Below are positions 17,522 to 28,300 of a stretch of DNA of 29,124 bases, in pieces (position 1 is the first letter of the stretch; the number at the start of each line of letters is the position of its first letter). The DNA lies in assembly GCA_947503395.1 (NCBI GenBank), contig CANNDP010000001.1:1-29124 (forward strand), written 5' to 3'. The DNA is from Actinomycetota bacterium. Lineage in GTDB: Bacteria > Actinomycetota > Actinomycetes > Nanopelagicales > Nanopelagicaceae. Both the position numbers and the translations under genes were made by a program. The notes under the pieces are model-generated. The model had not been told where the DNA came from. It worked only from the letters and a program-made list of their open reading frames with translations, and did no database searches.

Positions 17522-18096
17522 GGATTAATTTCAAACTCAGTATCGATAGATAAATCTCTTCGCTCTCTTAATACGTGCTTGAATTCCTCTGATGCATGCT
17601 TAATAAAATGCTCCATGGGAACAATGATAAATATCGCTGCCGCCTCGACTGCTAAAACCCCACTATCTGAACCAATTCTGCCCTCAGCTCTGGTGTAGAT
17701 CTTTCTACCCTCTTGGCCGGTTATCTCAGCATTGATAAACAAAGTGCTTCCAACTGGAACTGGGGCGAGAAATGACGTTTCAAGTTTTCCAGTTACTGCC
17801 GGCTCTCTAACTAACCACATTAATTTTCCTAAAGCTTCATCAAAGGCACATGAAAGTAGACCACCATGGGCAAGACCTGGAGCTCCTTGATGTAAATCGG
17901 TAACTGTAAATTGCGCAGTAATGCTCATACTCTCTCCTGCATATGCAACAAGATGTAAACCTGCAGGATGGTTAGGACCGCAGCCATAGCAATCAGGATT
18001 ATGAGAGCCGAGTAATTTGCCACCTGCCGGAGCATCAGGATGTCGAGGCGGGACTTTAACTCCTGGAGGAACTTGAATATTTAGCTCGCGCGACAT
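17518..18096 (-). CDS. PaaI-family (hotdog) thioesterase
   Basis: SHNPDCYGCG, HQGAPGLAHGGLLSCAFDE, VTGKLETSFLAPVP. Confidence 0.88.
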   Translation of the reverse strand: MSRELNIQVPPGVKVPPRHPDAPAGGKLLGSHNPDCYGCGPNHPAGLHLVAYAGESMSITAQFTVTDLHQGAPGLAHGGLLSCAFDEALGKLMWLVREPAVTGKLETSFLAPVPVGSTLFINAEITGQEGRKIYTRAEGRIGSDSGVLAVEAAAIFIIVPMEHFIKHASEEFKHVLRERRDLSIDTEFEINP

Positions 18097-18103
18097 GGGG
18101 TGA

Positions 18104-18109
18104 AGATTA
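18104..18109 (-). promoter_or_regulatory. -10 hexamer TAATCT, 7 nt before ATG 18096 (leaderless-type)
   Basis: Minus strand reads TAATCT-TCACCCC-ATG. Confidence 0.55.
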
Positions 18110-18146
18110 CCCTGTCGATAGGCAAGCGCTATCTAATGCAAGGAAG

Positions 18147-18152
18147 TACTCT
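18147..18152 (+). promoter_or_regulatory. -10 hexamer TACTCT, 6 nt before ATG 18159 (leaderless-type)
   Basis: TACTCT-CGCCTC-ATG. Confidence 0.55.
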
Positions 18153-18158
18153 CGCCTC

Positions 18159-18584
18159 ATGCGTGAGGTAATGAGATGGCCAATCTGGCTGACTCTATTA
18201 ATTATCTGCCTTGATCTAGCAATATTGCTCGCGATCTGGGCCTCACTTGGTAATCAAGCCACACTAGTTACTGCAATTATTCTTACCGCATCAACTATCT
18301 ATTTTTACTATGTAACATCACTAACCCTTGAGCTCACTACAGAGCGACTTAAGGCGGGTAGGGCCAACATTGAGGTTAAATACTTAGGGAAGATAGAAGT
18401 TTTAAGCAAAGAAGATATGTTGTTTCACCGTGGAGCTGGGATTAATCCGCAGGCTTATCTTGCGCTGCGCTTCTGGATTAAAAGAGGACTAAAAATTGAG
18501 ATTGCAGACCCGCGCGATCCCACACCTTTTTGGTTGATAAGTTCTAAAAATCCAGAGAGATTCTTAGAGAGATTAACTCCTTAA
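18159..18584 (+). CDS. DUF3093 membrane protein
   Basis: Two N-terminal TM segments, then LKAGRANI, AYLALRFWIK, DPRDPTPFWLISS. Confidence 0.88.
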   Translation: MREVMRWPIWLTLLIICLDLAILLAIWASLGNQATLVTAIILTASTIYFYYVTSLTLELTTERLKAGRANIEVKYLGKIEVLSKEDMLFHRGAGINPQAYLALRFWIKRGLKIEIADPRDPTPFWLISSKNPERFLERLTP

Positions 18585-18874
18585 GCGCAATCCTTACAGA
18601 CTGCCTTAGCTCCCTCACCGCGCGCTAGTTGAGTAATGTGGTGAACTAAGAAGCAACGTGAACAGGTAAATTCATTATCTTGCTTTGGAACTACCCGAAC
18701 TGATAACTCTTCACCAGATAAATCTGCTCCAGGCAGTTCAACATTTTCTGCCTCTTCTTCATCGAGATCAACCTGACCTGATTGAGCTTCAGCCCTTCTA
18801 GCCTTTAACTCTTCTAGGGATTCCTCATGTAACTCTTCATCGGTTTTTCGAGGCGTGTCGTAATCAGTTGCCAT
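18581..18874 (-). CDS. DUF4193 family protein (acidic N-terminus, C-terminal CxxC...CxxC)
   Basis: MATDYDTPRK, ELPGADLSGEELSVRVVPKQDNEFTCSRCFLVHH, CKDCA. Confidence 0.9.
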   Translation of the reverse strand: MATDYDTPRKTDEELHEESLEELKARRAEAQSGQVDLDEEEAENVELPGADLSGEELSVRVVPKQDNEFTCSRCFLVHHITQLARGEGAKAVCKDCA

Positions 18875-19011
18875 TGATCTCTCACCACCAATCTCTTCCT
18901 ACATAGAGCCAGACCATTTAGTCATTTGGCTACGGGCGGATAATGCCCAACTACTTGCTCGCTGTCCTATCCAACACTCGGCGTGTCGCGATTATTCCCC
19001 GTTTGTTAAGC

Positions 19012-19689
19012 CTATTGACCTAAATCTGAGCGGCGTTTGGCTTCTTCTTGTCGCCACTTTTGAATTTCGCCATGATTTCCAGAGAGCAAAACCTCAGGAA
19101 CGTTTAGATCTCGCCAACTAGCAGGTTTAGTAAATGTTGGATATTCCAGTGCGCCAATTTCATTATGTGATTCCTCATCAAGTGATGCAGGATTGCCAAT
19201 AACTCCAGGAATTAATCGAGTTACTGCTTCAATTATTACTAGCGCCGCTACCTCACCGCCATTTACTACATAATCACCGATTGATATTTCATGAACCCTT
19301 ACCGATTTTCTATCTCGATAGTAATCGCCCACTCTTGCATCAATTCCTTCATAGCGACCACAGGCAAAGACCAGATGCTTAGCCCCACTTAACTGCTCAG
19401 CCTTTTTTTGATTGAACTTAGAGCCTGCTGGGGTGAGGATAATCAGATCAATCTCGCCATCTTTTTCCAATATTGAATCAATAGCTTGGCCCCATGGCTC
19501 TGCCATCATCACCATTCCGGCTCCACCGCCATAAGGAGTGTCATCAACGCTATGGTGATTATCAGTAGTGAAATCTCTTAAATTAATACTTTTAAAGTCA
19601 ATTAACGATTGACTTCTAGCTTTACCAATTAGGGAGAGCTCAAGTGGCGAGAAGTATTCGGGGAAGATAGAGATAGCAGTTATCTTCAC
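19012..19689 (-). CDS. trmD: tRNA (guanine37-N1)-methyltransferase
   Basis: VDDTPYGGGAGMVM, CGRYEGID, SIGDYVVNGGE, VPEVLLSGNH. Confidence 0.97.
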   Translation of the reverse strand: MKITAISIFPEYFSPLELSLIGKARSQSLIDFKSINLRDFTTDNHHSVDDTPYGGGAGMVMMAEPWGQAIDSILEKDGEIDLIILTPAGSKFNQKKAEQLSGAKHLVFACGRYEGIDARVGDYYRDRKSVRVHEISIGDYVVNGGEVAALVIIEAVTRLIPGVIGNPASLDEESHNEIGALEYPTFTKPASWRDLNVPEVLLSGNHGEIQKWRQEEAKRRSDLGQ

Positions 19690-20186
19690 ATTAGCTCCTC
19701 TAGATTATCGGCAGTAATTATCCTACTTGCGATATCAATATCTGGGGTGAAGTGCTTAACAAATGGAATCAAAAAGTCTCGCCCCTGATAACTAAGCACT
19801 AGCGTGTCTTGAGATGGAAGCTGGAGAACCTCTTTGACCTCGCCCCAATCTTTGCCAGATCTATCTATTACCTTGCAACCTAGAATTTGGGAGATGTGAA
19901 AATCATCTTCAGTAATATTTGAATCTGCCGGATTAATATCAGCAAGAAGCAGAACGTTTCGAAGCTTTTCAACTGCGCTTCTATCGCTATAGCCTTCAAA
20001 TGAGAGCAGCAGAGTTCCGCTATGCACTTTCGCGCTTGTTATCTTTAAAGGACCTTTATCTTCTGGATCTGTTTTTAGAATTGAACCAATAGCAAATCTC
20101 TCTTCAGGGTTATCGGTTCGAACTTCAATAGTTGCCTCGCCGCGCACTCCATGTGCGCGACCGATGCGACCTACAACAAGTAACAA
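19686..20186 (-). CDS. rimM: Ribosome maturation factor RimM
   Basis: VGRIGRAHGVRGE, RTDNPEERF, PRC barrel ending in LIPFV. Confidence 0.95.
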   Translation of the reverse strand: MLLVVGRIGRAHGVRGEATIEVRTDNPEERFAIGSILKTDPEDKGPLKITSAKVHSGTLLLSFEGYSDRSAVEKLRNVLLLADINPADSNITEDDFHISQILGCKVIDRSGKDWGEVKEVLQLPSQDTLVLSYQGRDFLIPFVKHFTPDIDIASRIITADNLEELM

Positions 20187-20201
20187 ATTAGCTAAGCGCG
20201 A

Positions 20202-20444
20202 TTAACGCGCCTCATCCGCCTCAACAAGATCTACGCGAACACTTCGCCCAGCAAGAGCTGAAACCACAGTGCGTAGCGCCTTTGCTGTTCGACCATTGCG
20301 ACCAATTACCTTGCCAATATCTTCAGGGTGAACTCTTACCTCAAGGGTGGTTCCGCGTCTTCCCTCTTTTTCAGAGATTATTACCTCTTCAGGGTTATCT
20401 ACGATTCCCTTAACTAAATGTTCTAGAGCTTCATCAATCATCAT
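20202..20444 (-). CDS. khpA: KH-domain RNA-binding protein (KhpA/YlqC)
   Basis: VHPEDIGKVIGRNGRTAKALR; located between rpsP and rimM. Confidence 0.93.
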   Translation of the reverse strand: MMIDEALEHLVKGIVDNPEEVIISEKEGRRGTTLEVRVHPEDIGKVIGRNGRTAKALRTVVSALAGRSVRVDLVEADEAR

Positions 20445-20446
20445 AT

Positions 20447-21007
20447 TTACTCAGCTGGAGTTTCAGTTGGCGTAGCCTCTGCAACTGCTTCTGCAGGAGC
20501 ATCTACCACTGGAGCTTCCTCAACGGGTGCTGCCTCAGCCACAACTTCTACTGGAGCTGCCTCAACAGGTGCTGCCTCAGCTACAACTTCTACCGGAGCG
20601 TTCTTAGCTGCAAGTTTCTCAGCAGCACGCTTCTTCATAGTAGTTGCGCCATCTGCTGGCTCATTGCTTGCTGCCTTTACTGCCTCTTCATAAGCAACGC
20701 GCTTATTTGGACGAACTGGAAGGCTTTTAAGAGTTCCCTCTTGACCAGCAATGCCCTTGAACTTCTGCCAATCGCCAGTAACCTTCAAAATTGCCTCTAC
20801 CGCTGGAGTTGGTTGTGCACCATTTTTTAGCCAATGTTGAGCGCGATCTGAATTCACTTCAATTAGCGAAGGATCAGATGCTGGTGAGTAACGACCAATC
20901 TCTTCAATCTTTAATCCATTACGAGCTTTACGAGAATCTGCAACAACAATTCGGTAGTGAGGAGTGCGGATCTTTCCCAAACGTACCAATCTAATTTTTA
21001 CGGCCAC
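20447..21007 (-). CDS. rpsP: 30S ribosomal protein S16 with long Ala/Glu/Pro/Val-rich C-terminal extension
   Basis: [42 protein letters not shown]. Confidence 0.97.
   Translation of the reverse strand: MAVKIRLVRLGKIRTPHYRIVVADSRKARNGLKIEEIGRYSPASDPSLIEVNSDRAQHWLKNGAQPTPAVEAILKVTGDWQKFKGIAGQEGTLKSLPVRPNKRVAYEEAVKAASNEPADGATTMKKRAAEKLAAKNAPVEVVAEAAPVEAAPVEVVAEAAPVEEAPVVDAPAEAVAEATPTETPAE
20518..20599. repeat. Tandem duplication, period 42 bp (14 aa, [13 protein letters not shown][A/E]), in the rpsP tail
   Basis: 20518-20557 vs 20560-20599: 37 of 40 identical; the three differences are synonymous. Confidence 0.9.
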
Positions 21008-21150
21008 GAAGGCTTTCTCCTTGCATAGTTAATCGAACTTATCTTTTCTTCCTTGAGTAGGATGCCAAGTGAAGAAAAAAAGTTCTTACGTTTATAAGTG
21101 CCGGTCAAGAGGTAGAGGGCCCTTGAACAGGAGGCCAATATTGCCACGAG
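21008..21150 (-). promoter_or_regulatory. Structured 5' leader of the rpsP operon (two hairpins, then SD AAGGAG)
   Basis: Hairpins at 21105-21126 (TCAAG/CTTGA) and 21044-21078 (TTTTCTTC+CTTG / CAAG+GAAGAAAA); possible extended -10 TGGCAATAT near 21138-21146. Confidence 0.5.
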
Positions 21151-21177
21151 CCCTTGATATTTCCCAATTGAGCTTAG

Positions 21178-22632
21178 CTATCGCCCCTCTTGGGCTGCTC
21201 GTTTGGCTGGATTTCCAGATCGTGACTTCTTCTTCGGCGCGATCTTTGGCGAATTCATTGGAGAAGCAGTGGGAAGGCTCATTCCTCCAGGAAGGGACAT
21301 CCCTGCAGGTAATCCGCCACCTGATCTCATCTGCTTCATCGCCTTCTGCGCAGCAGAGAATCGATCAACTAAAGAATTTACCTCTGTAACACTTCTGCCG
21401 CTACCAAGTGCAATACGTGCTCGTCTTGAACCGTTTAATATTTTTGGATCACGCCTCTCACTTGGCGTCATCGATTGCACAATGGCCTGTGTTCTAACTA
21501 GCTCGTTATCATCAATGCTATCTATCTGCTTTTTCATTGCAGCAGAGTTAGCGCCAGGCAGCATGCCAAGAAGTTTGGTCATGGAACCCATCTTCTTCAT
21601 TGCCCCTAATTGCTCTAAGAAATCCTCTAGCGTGAAATCTTGCCCTGAAACAAATTTCTCTTCCAGACGCTTAGCGCTATCGCCATCAAGTGCTCGCTTT
21701 GCCTGCTCAGCTAAGGTTGCGATATCGCCAAGACCCAAAATTCTGGAAGCCATTCGCTCGGGATAGAAGTAATCAAAGTCGGTTAGTTTCTCGCCACTTG
21801 AGGTAAAAAGAATTGGTTTTCCTGTAACTTCAACAATGGATAGGGCAGCTCCAGCTTTCGCATCGCCATCTAGTTTTGTTAATACAACGCCATCAAAACC
21901 CACACCCTCTAAAAAGGCGAGCGAGGTATTAAGTGCATCTTGTCCCATCATTGCATCTACCACAAAGAGGATTTCATTGGGATTAATTGCATCCCTTATT
22001 GAGCTTGCCTGCTGCATTAATTCATTATCAATTCCAAGTCGTCCCGCGGTATCAACGATTACAACATTATGGACTTTTTCTTTGGCATAGGTAATTGCGC
22101 TCTTGGCAACCTTTACTGGATCACCGACGCCATTTCCTGCCTCTGGCGCAAAGATTGGAACTGAAATTGATTCTGCTAATACTTGTAATTGCGTAACGGC
22201 ATTTGGTCGCTGCAGATCTGCTGCCACTAAGAGTGGAGTATTTCCCTCTTCTTTTAGAAATCGAGCTAACTTCCCAGCTAATGTTGTTTTTCCAGATCCT
22301 TGAAGACCTGCAAGCATTATTATCGTTGGACCAGTTTTGGCATATCGAATCCGTCGACCTTGCCCGCCAAGAATTGCAATTAACTCCTGGTTGATAATCG
22401 AATAAATTTCTTCAGATTGATTAGTTGATTGCCTAATCTCTGGAAGTCTTTCAAGTGATCTACTTCTAATTTTTTCTACAAAGCCTTCAGTAACGCTTAA
22501 AGCAACATCAGCCTCTAGTAAGGCGGTGCGAAGTTCCTGGCAAGTACTCTCAATATCTTCAGGAGTAATGCGCCCTTTTCTTCGAAGTGATCCAAAGAGA
22601 TCAGAGAACTTAGAACTTAAGGAATCGAACAT
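21178..22632 (-). CDS. ffh: Signal recognition particle protein
   Basis: AGLQGSGKTT, DLQRPNA, DTAGR, TKLDGDAKAG, M-domain with NGSRRARIA, actinobacterial KKSRSGNPAKR tail. Confidence 0.97.
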   Translation of the reverse strand: MFDSLSSKFSDLFGSLRRKGRITPEDIESTCQELRTALLEADVALSVTEGFVEKIRSRSLERLPEIRQSTNQSEEIYSIINQELIAILGGQGRRIRYAKTGPTIIMLAGLQGSGKTTLAGKLARFLKEEGNTPLLVAADLQRPNAVTQLQVLAESISVPIFAPEAGNGVGDPVKVAKSAITYAKEKVHNVVIVDTAGRLGIDNELMQQASSIRDAINPNEILFVVDAMMGQDALNTSLAFLEGVGFDGVVLTKLDGDAKAGAALSIVEVTGKPILFTSSGEKLTDFDYFYPERMASRILGLGDIATLAEQAKRALDGDSAKRLEEKFVSGQDFTLEDFLEQLGAMKKMGSMTKLLGMLPGANSAAMKKQIDSIDDNELVRTQAIVQSMTPSERRDPKILNGSRRARIALGSGRSVTEVNSLVDRFSAAQKAMKQMRSGGGLPAGMSLPGGMSLPTASPMNSPKIAPKKKSRSGNPAKRAAQEGR

Positions 22633-22639
22633 GTCTTTA

Positions 22640-22645
22640 AGCCTA
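22640..22645 (-). promoter_or_regulatory. -10 hexamer TAGGCT, 7 nt before ffh ATG (leaderless-type)
   Basis: Minus strand reads TAGGCT-TAAAGAC-ATG, just downstream of the glnK terminator. Confidence 0.6.
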
Positions 22646-22664
22646 CATAATGGCTAGGCAAATA

Positions 22665-22705
22665 GAAAAAAGGTGGATATGCCCTCGCATATTCCACCTT
22701 TTTTC
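22665..22705 (-). terminator. Intrinsic terminator after amt-glnK (structurally bidirectional)
   Basis: GAAAAAAGGTGGA-TATG-ccctcg-CATA-t-TCCACCTTTTTTC: long stem with T-runs on both strands. Confidence 0.88.
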
Positions 22706-22734
22706 AAGTATCACTGCTTAGATGCGGGCAATTA

Positions 22735-24368
<1,634 letters not shown>

Positions 24369-24483
24369 TTTTTTCTCCGAACCGGGCTGCTAAGAGCAGA
24401 CTCCGTGAATAAAAGGTAAATATCTCAACTCTGAGAATGAGTAGATCATGCTTTAGAAGTATTTCCCCTGATGGCTCAAATAG

Positions 24484-24530
24484 ATTTCACCTAGGTGACA
24501 CTTGCTCGCCCTCTGTTACGGCTATGTTAA
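24484..24530 (-). promoter_or_regulatory. Two GlnR-like boxes upstream of amt
   Basis: Minus strand: TTAAC-ATAGCC-GTAAC (24530-24515) and GTCAC-CTAGGT-GAAAT (24499-24484). These fit the GlnR a-N6-b pattern (GTnAC-N6-GAAAC / AC-N9-AC). Confidence 0.6.
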
Positions 24531-25358
24531 AAGTTCAGCGATATACCCATCAGCCTCAAAGGGGGTCAGATCCTCTATCCCCTCACCAAATCCGACATAC
24601 TTCAAGGGAACTTGCAGAGCGGCCTCAGTGGCTATTGCAATACCACCCTTGGTGGAGCCATCAAGCTTTGTGACCACTATCCCAGTTAAATTCACGCTGG
24701 AAGCAAAGGTCTCTGCCTGTTTGATTCCATTCTGACCCGTTGTTCCATCAAGAACAAATAAAATCTCATTTACTAAAGTTAGCTTCTCTACAACTCTTTG
24801 AATTTTACCTAGTTCATCCATCAAGTTGCTCTTGGTATGAAGTCTTCCAGCAGTATCAATTATCAGAAAATCAAAACCTTCATCCTTAGCTTTTTTCGCT
24901 CCATCGAAAGCTATCGCTGCCGGATCACTATTGCTCGAAGCGCTTAAAACCTCTACGCCGATTCTCTGGCCCCAAGTCTGAAGTTGGGCAACGGCAGCAG
25001 CCCTAAAGGTGTCAGCAGCAACTAATAAAACTTTCTTTCCGCTCTTTGCATAATAATTGGCTAGCTTGGCTGCACTAGTGGTTTTTCCAGTGCCATTAAC
25101 TCCAACAAGCAGAATTACGGTTGGTCCATCACTTGATAAGTTAATAGCCCTTGATGAGGTAGTTAACTTTGATTTAAGTGAGTTAGCGATAGCTGTTGAG
25201 AGCTCTTCACTCTTCTCGCGCTTTACTAAATCTAAAATCTCTTCAGTTATCCCCACCCCAATATCTGATGAGATTAGAATCTGCCTAAACTGATCAAGGT
25301 CTTCAATTGTTGCTTTAGATTTTGAGAACTTGCTGAGGAAAGAGCCAAATAAACCCAT
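24522..25358 (-). CDS. ftsY: Signal recognition particle receptor (NG domain only)
   Basis: VGVNGTGKTTS, DTFRAAA, DTAGRLH, TKLDGSTKGG, GEGIEDL. Confidence 0.96.
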   Translation of the reverse strand: MGLFGSFLSKFSKSKATIEDLDQFRQILISSDIGVGITEEILDLVKREKSEELSTAIANSLKSKLTTSSRAINLSSDGPTVILLVGVNGTGKTTSAAKLANYYAKSGKKVLLVAADTFRAAAVAQLQTWGQRIGVEVLSASSNSDPAAIAFDGAKKAKDEGFDFLIIDTAGRLHTKSNLMDELGKIQRVVEKLTLVNEILFVLDGTTGQNGIKQAETFASSVNLTGIVVTKLDGSTKGGIAIATEAALQVPLKYVGFGEGIEDLTPFEADGYIAELLT

Positions 25359-25360
25359 AG

Positions 25361-28300
25361 TTAAGCGGGTTCAGTTTCAATTTCGCGAAGACGCTGTGAG
25401 ATAACTTCTGATACTCCATCACCGCGCATACTTACGCCATACAAGGTATCGCCAATTTCCATAGTTCTTTTTTGATGGGTGATAATAATTAATTGCGATG
25501 CTTGTCTTAGCTCTTCTAGAACTGAAAGTAGGCGACCAAGATTTGTGTCATCAAGAGCGGCTTCAACCTCATCTAAAACATAGAACGGACTTGGCCTAGC
25601 TTTAAATATTGCCACTAAAAGCGCTACCGCAGTCAATGAGCGCTCACCACCTGAGAGAAGTGATAGTCGCTTGATTCTCTTTCCTGGCGGACGAGCTTCA
25701 ACATCAACGCCAGAATTAAGAAGATCACTTGGATCAGTTAACAGCAGGCGTCCCTCTCCCCCTGGAAAGAGTCGAGCAAAGATTTTTTCAAACTCTCGGG
25801 CCGTATCTCTAAAAGCTTCTTCAAAAATCTCTTGAACTTTGTCATCAACTGATTTGATGATATCTAGAAGATCCTTCTTTGATTTCTTTAAATCCTCTAA
25901 CTGATCTGCCAGATATTTCAACCGCTCTTCAAGGGATGAGAACTCCTCAAGAGCTAAGGGATTGATCTTGCCAAGAAGAGCCAGAGATTTCTCAGCGCCA
26001 GCTAGACGTTTTTCCTGCTCTTGACGGACATACGGAATGAATTCGCCTTGACTCAAATTTCCAGCGTCATCTTCGATGAAGGTTGGAACTGGCTTATCTG
26101 GACCGTACTCATTTACAAGAGATGAACTATCCACTCCAAATTCCTCCATAGCTTTTATCTCAAGTTGTTCAATTCTCAATCTTTGTTCAGCTCTAGCGAT
26201 CTCGTCGCGATGAACACTGGAAGTTAATTGATCAAGCTCAACGCTTAGATCTCTGATTGCTTGGCGAATAGAGAGAATTTCGCCATCGCGATTAGAGCGA
26301 GCCAGTTCAAGTCTTTCCCGCTCACTATTTGCCCTGGAGATAGAGCTCTCAATTTGAATTAACGCTTCATAGGCAGCATCAGCAATAGCTTGCGCCGTAA
26401 CTGCGCCCCTTGCTCTAGCTGCGCGGCGAGCGATGTTATTACTTGCCGCTTGGCGCTCATTTGATGCTGCAAGTTCAAGATCTCTAGCCCGCTGCGAGAT
26501 TGCTGCTACTCGCTCCTCTATAGTTCGAAGCGCAAGACGAGCTTCAACTTCAACTGCTCTTGCTGTAGCAAGAGTTGCTCTTAGATTTTCAAGAGTGCTT
26601 AACTCAGGTTCCAACGGTTCACTACTTTTCTCAAATTCGCTTCTGGCAGTATTTAACTCACTTAGATCACTATCTAGCGCATGTTTGAGTTCTGATATCA
26701 ATTTTTCTAACCGCTCAACCTCGCCGCTAGCGCTCTTTACTCCTTGGCTAGCTGCTGCCATCTGCTCAGCAAGTGCTGCCATAGCAGCATCTGACTCATT
26801 TAATCTAGCTAAGGCTTGATCGTAGGTAAGTTGATCAGATCTTAATTTTGTTTCAGCAGTAGAAATATCAAAGTGAATTCGATCGCAATCATGTCCATGT
26901 CGCTGTAGCTCTATCTCAGCTTTTTCAATCATCTCAGAAATCTCAATTAATGAGGTGCGAGCAGATGAGCCGCCACTTGCTCTTCCTCTTCCAACCAAAT
27001 CACCATCAGGAGTAACTGCAATAAGTGATGGATTACTGGCGATGATCTGACTTGCTTGACTAAGTGATTCTGCAGCAACCAGGCCCGAGAAAAGAGCCGG
27101 CAAAATGGAATTTAAGGTAGCTGAGGAAATTTTACTTGCTAGTGGCGTCAATCCACTTGGAATCTCAATAACTGGCCTTGAATCACCTTCGGATATAAAG
27201 AGCAGCTCAGCACTTCCAGCAGATTTCGATTTCAAGAAAGTGATTGCAGAGATAACCTGATTTAGATCTTGAAGCACTAAGGCATTTGCTAATGAGCCCA
27301 AAGCATTGGTCACTGCGCTCTGCCAACCAGGCTCAACCGTTAATAGCGAAGCTAGGCTGCCACGAATTACGATCCCCTGATCATTTGTTAATAGCGCACC
27401 ACTTCCATCTTTGTGCAGGGTTGCTTGCCGGAGCGCATCAATTTTTGCCTCAGAAGCAGCTCTTGCTCGCTCAGCTAGAGAGAGATCGCTTCTTAACTTT
27501 TCAAGGTTAGCTTTGCTGCTGTTGAGCAGAGCTTTTGCTTTTTCAAATTCTGCATCAAGGCCGAGCTCCCCTGCATCAAGGCCGGCAATTTCACTCTCAA
27601 GTCGAGCAAATTCAACTTTAGATTCAGCCACTCTTGCCTTGGCTCCAGTTAACGCGCTCTCTAGCCTACTAATTTCAGAGCCTGCGCCATCGATTCGAGA
27701 TTGCAGAGACTTTATATGCCCTTCTTGCCTGGCAGTTCCTTCTCGATAATCAGCAAGTGCTCTCTGTGCTGCAGCCACTCGATCTTCTTCGCCCTTTAAT
27801 CGCGCTTCTAATTGAGTAACGCTATTACTTGCGGCAACTAATTCAGCTCTGGCTTTATCTGATGAACCTTGTAGAGCAGATTCCTCGCCTCGTAAAACTT
27901 TTGCTTCTGCATCTAGCGCTTCAGGATCTCGACCTGATGCTCTAGCTTCCTCTGCCTCTTCAGCTAAGAAGCGAGCACGCTCCGATGCTAAGTTCTGAGT
28001 TCCTCTTAGCTTTTCTTTCTGGGCAGTCAGGCTGTAGTAATTATTCTGCGCACTGGCTAACTCTGGTCCCTGAATTGCTGCTATCTGATCTAGCTCAATC
28101 TCTCTTTTGCGTAATTGCTCTAGCTCTTGATCAACTTCACTTCGTCTCTGACGAAGAGCGGTTTCATCAGCAACTTCTAAACTTAGCGTTGAATTAAACG
28201 CAATTAAGTCATCTGCCAAGATTCTTAGCTTCGCATCTCGCACATCAGCCTGAATCACAGCGGCTTTTCTGGCAACCTCTGCCTGTTTGCCAAGCGGGCG

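Noticed and set aside
21069-21766. Two + strand ORFs (106 aa and 187 aa) opposite ffh and the rpsP leader
   Set aside because: Antisense shadows with no SD or -10 support and no recognisable family.
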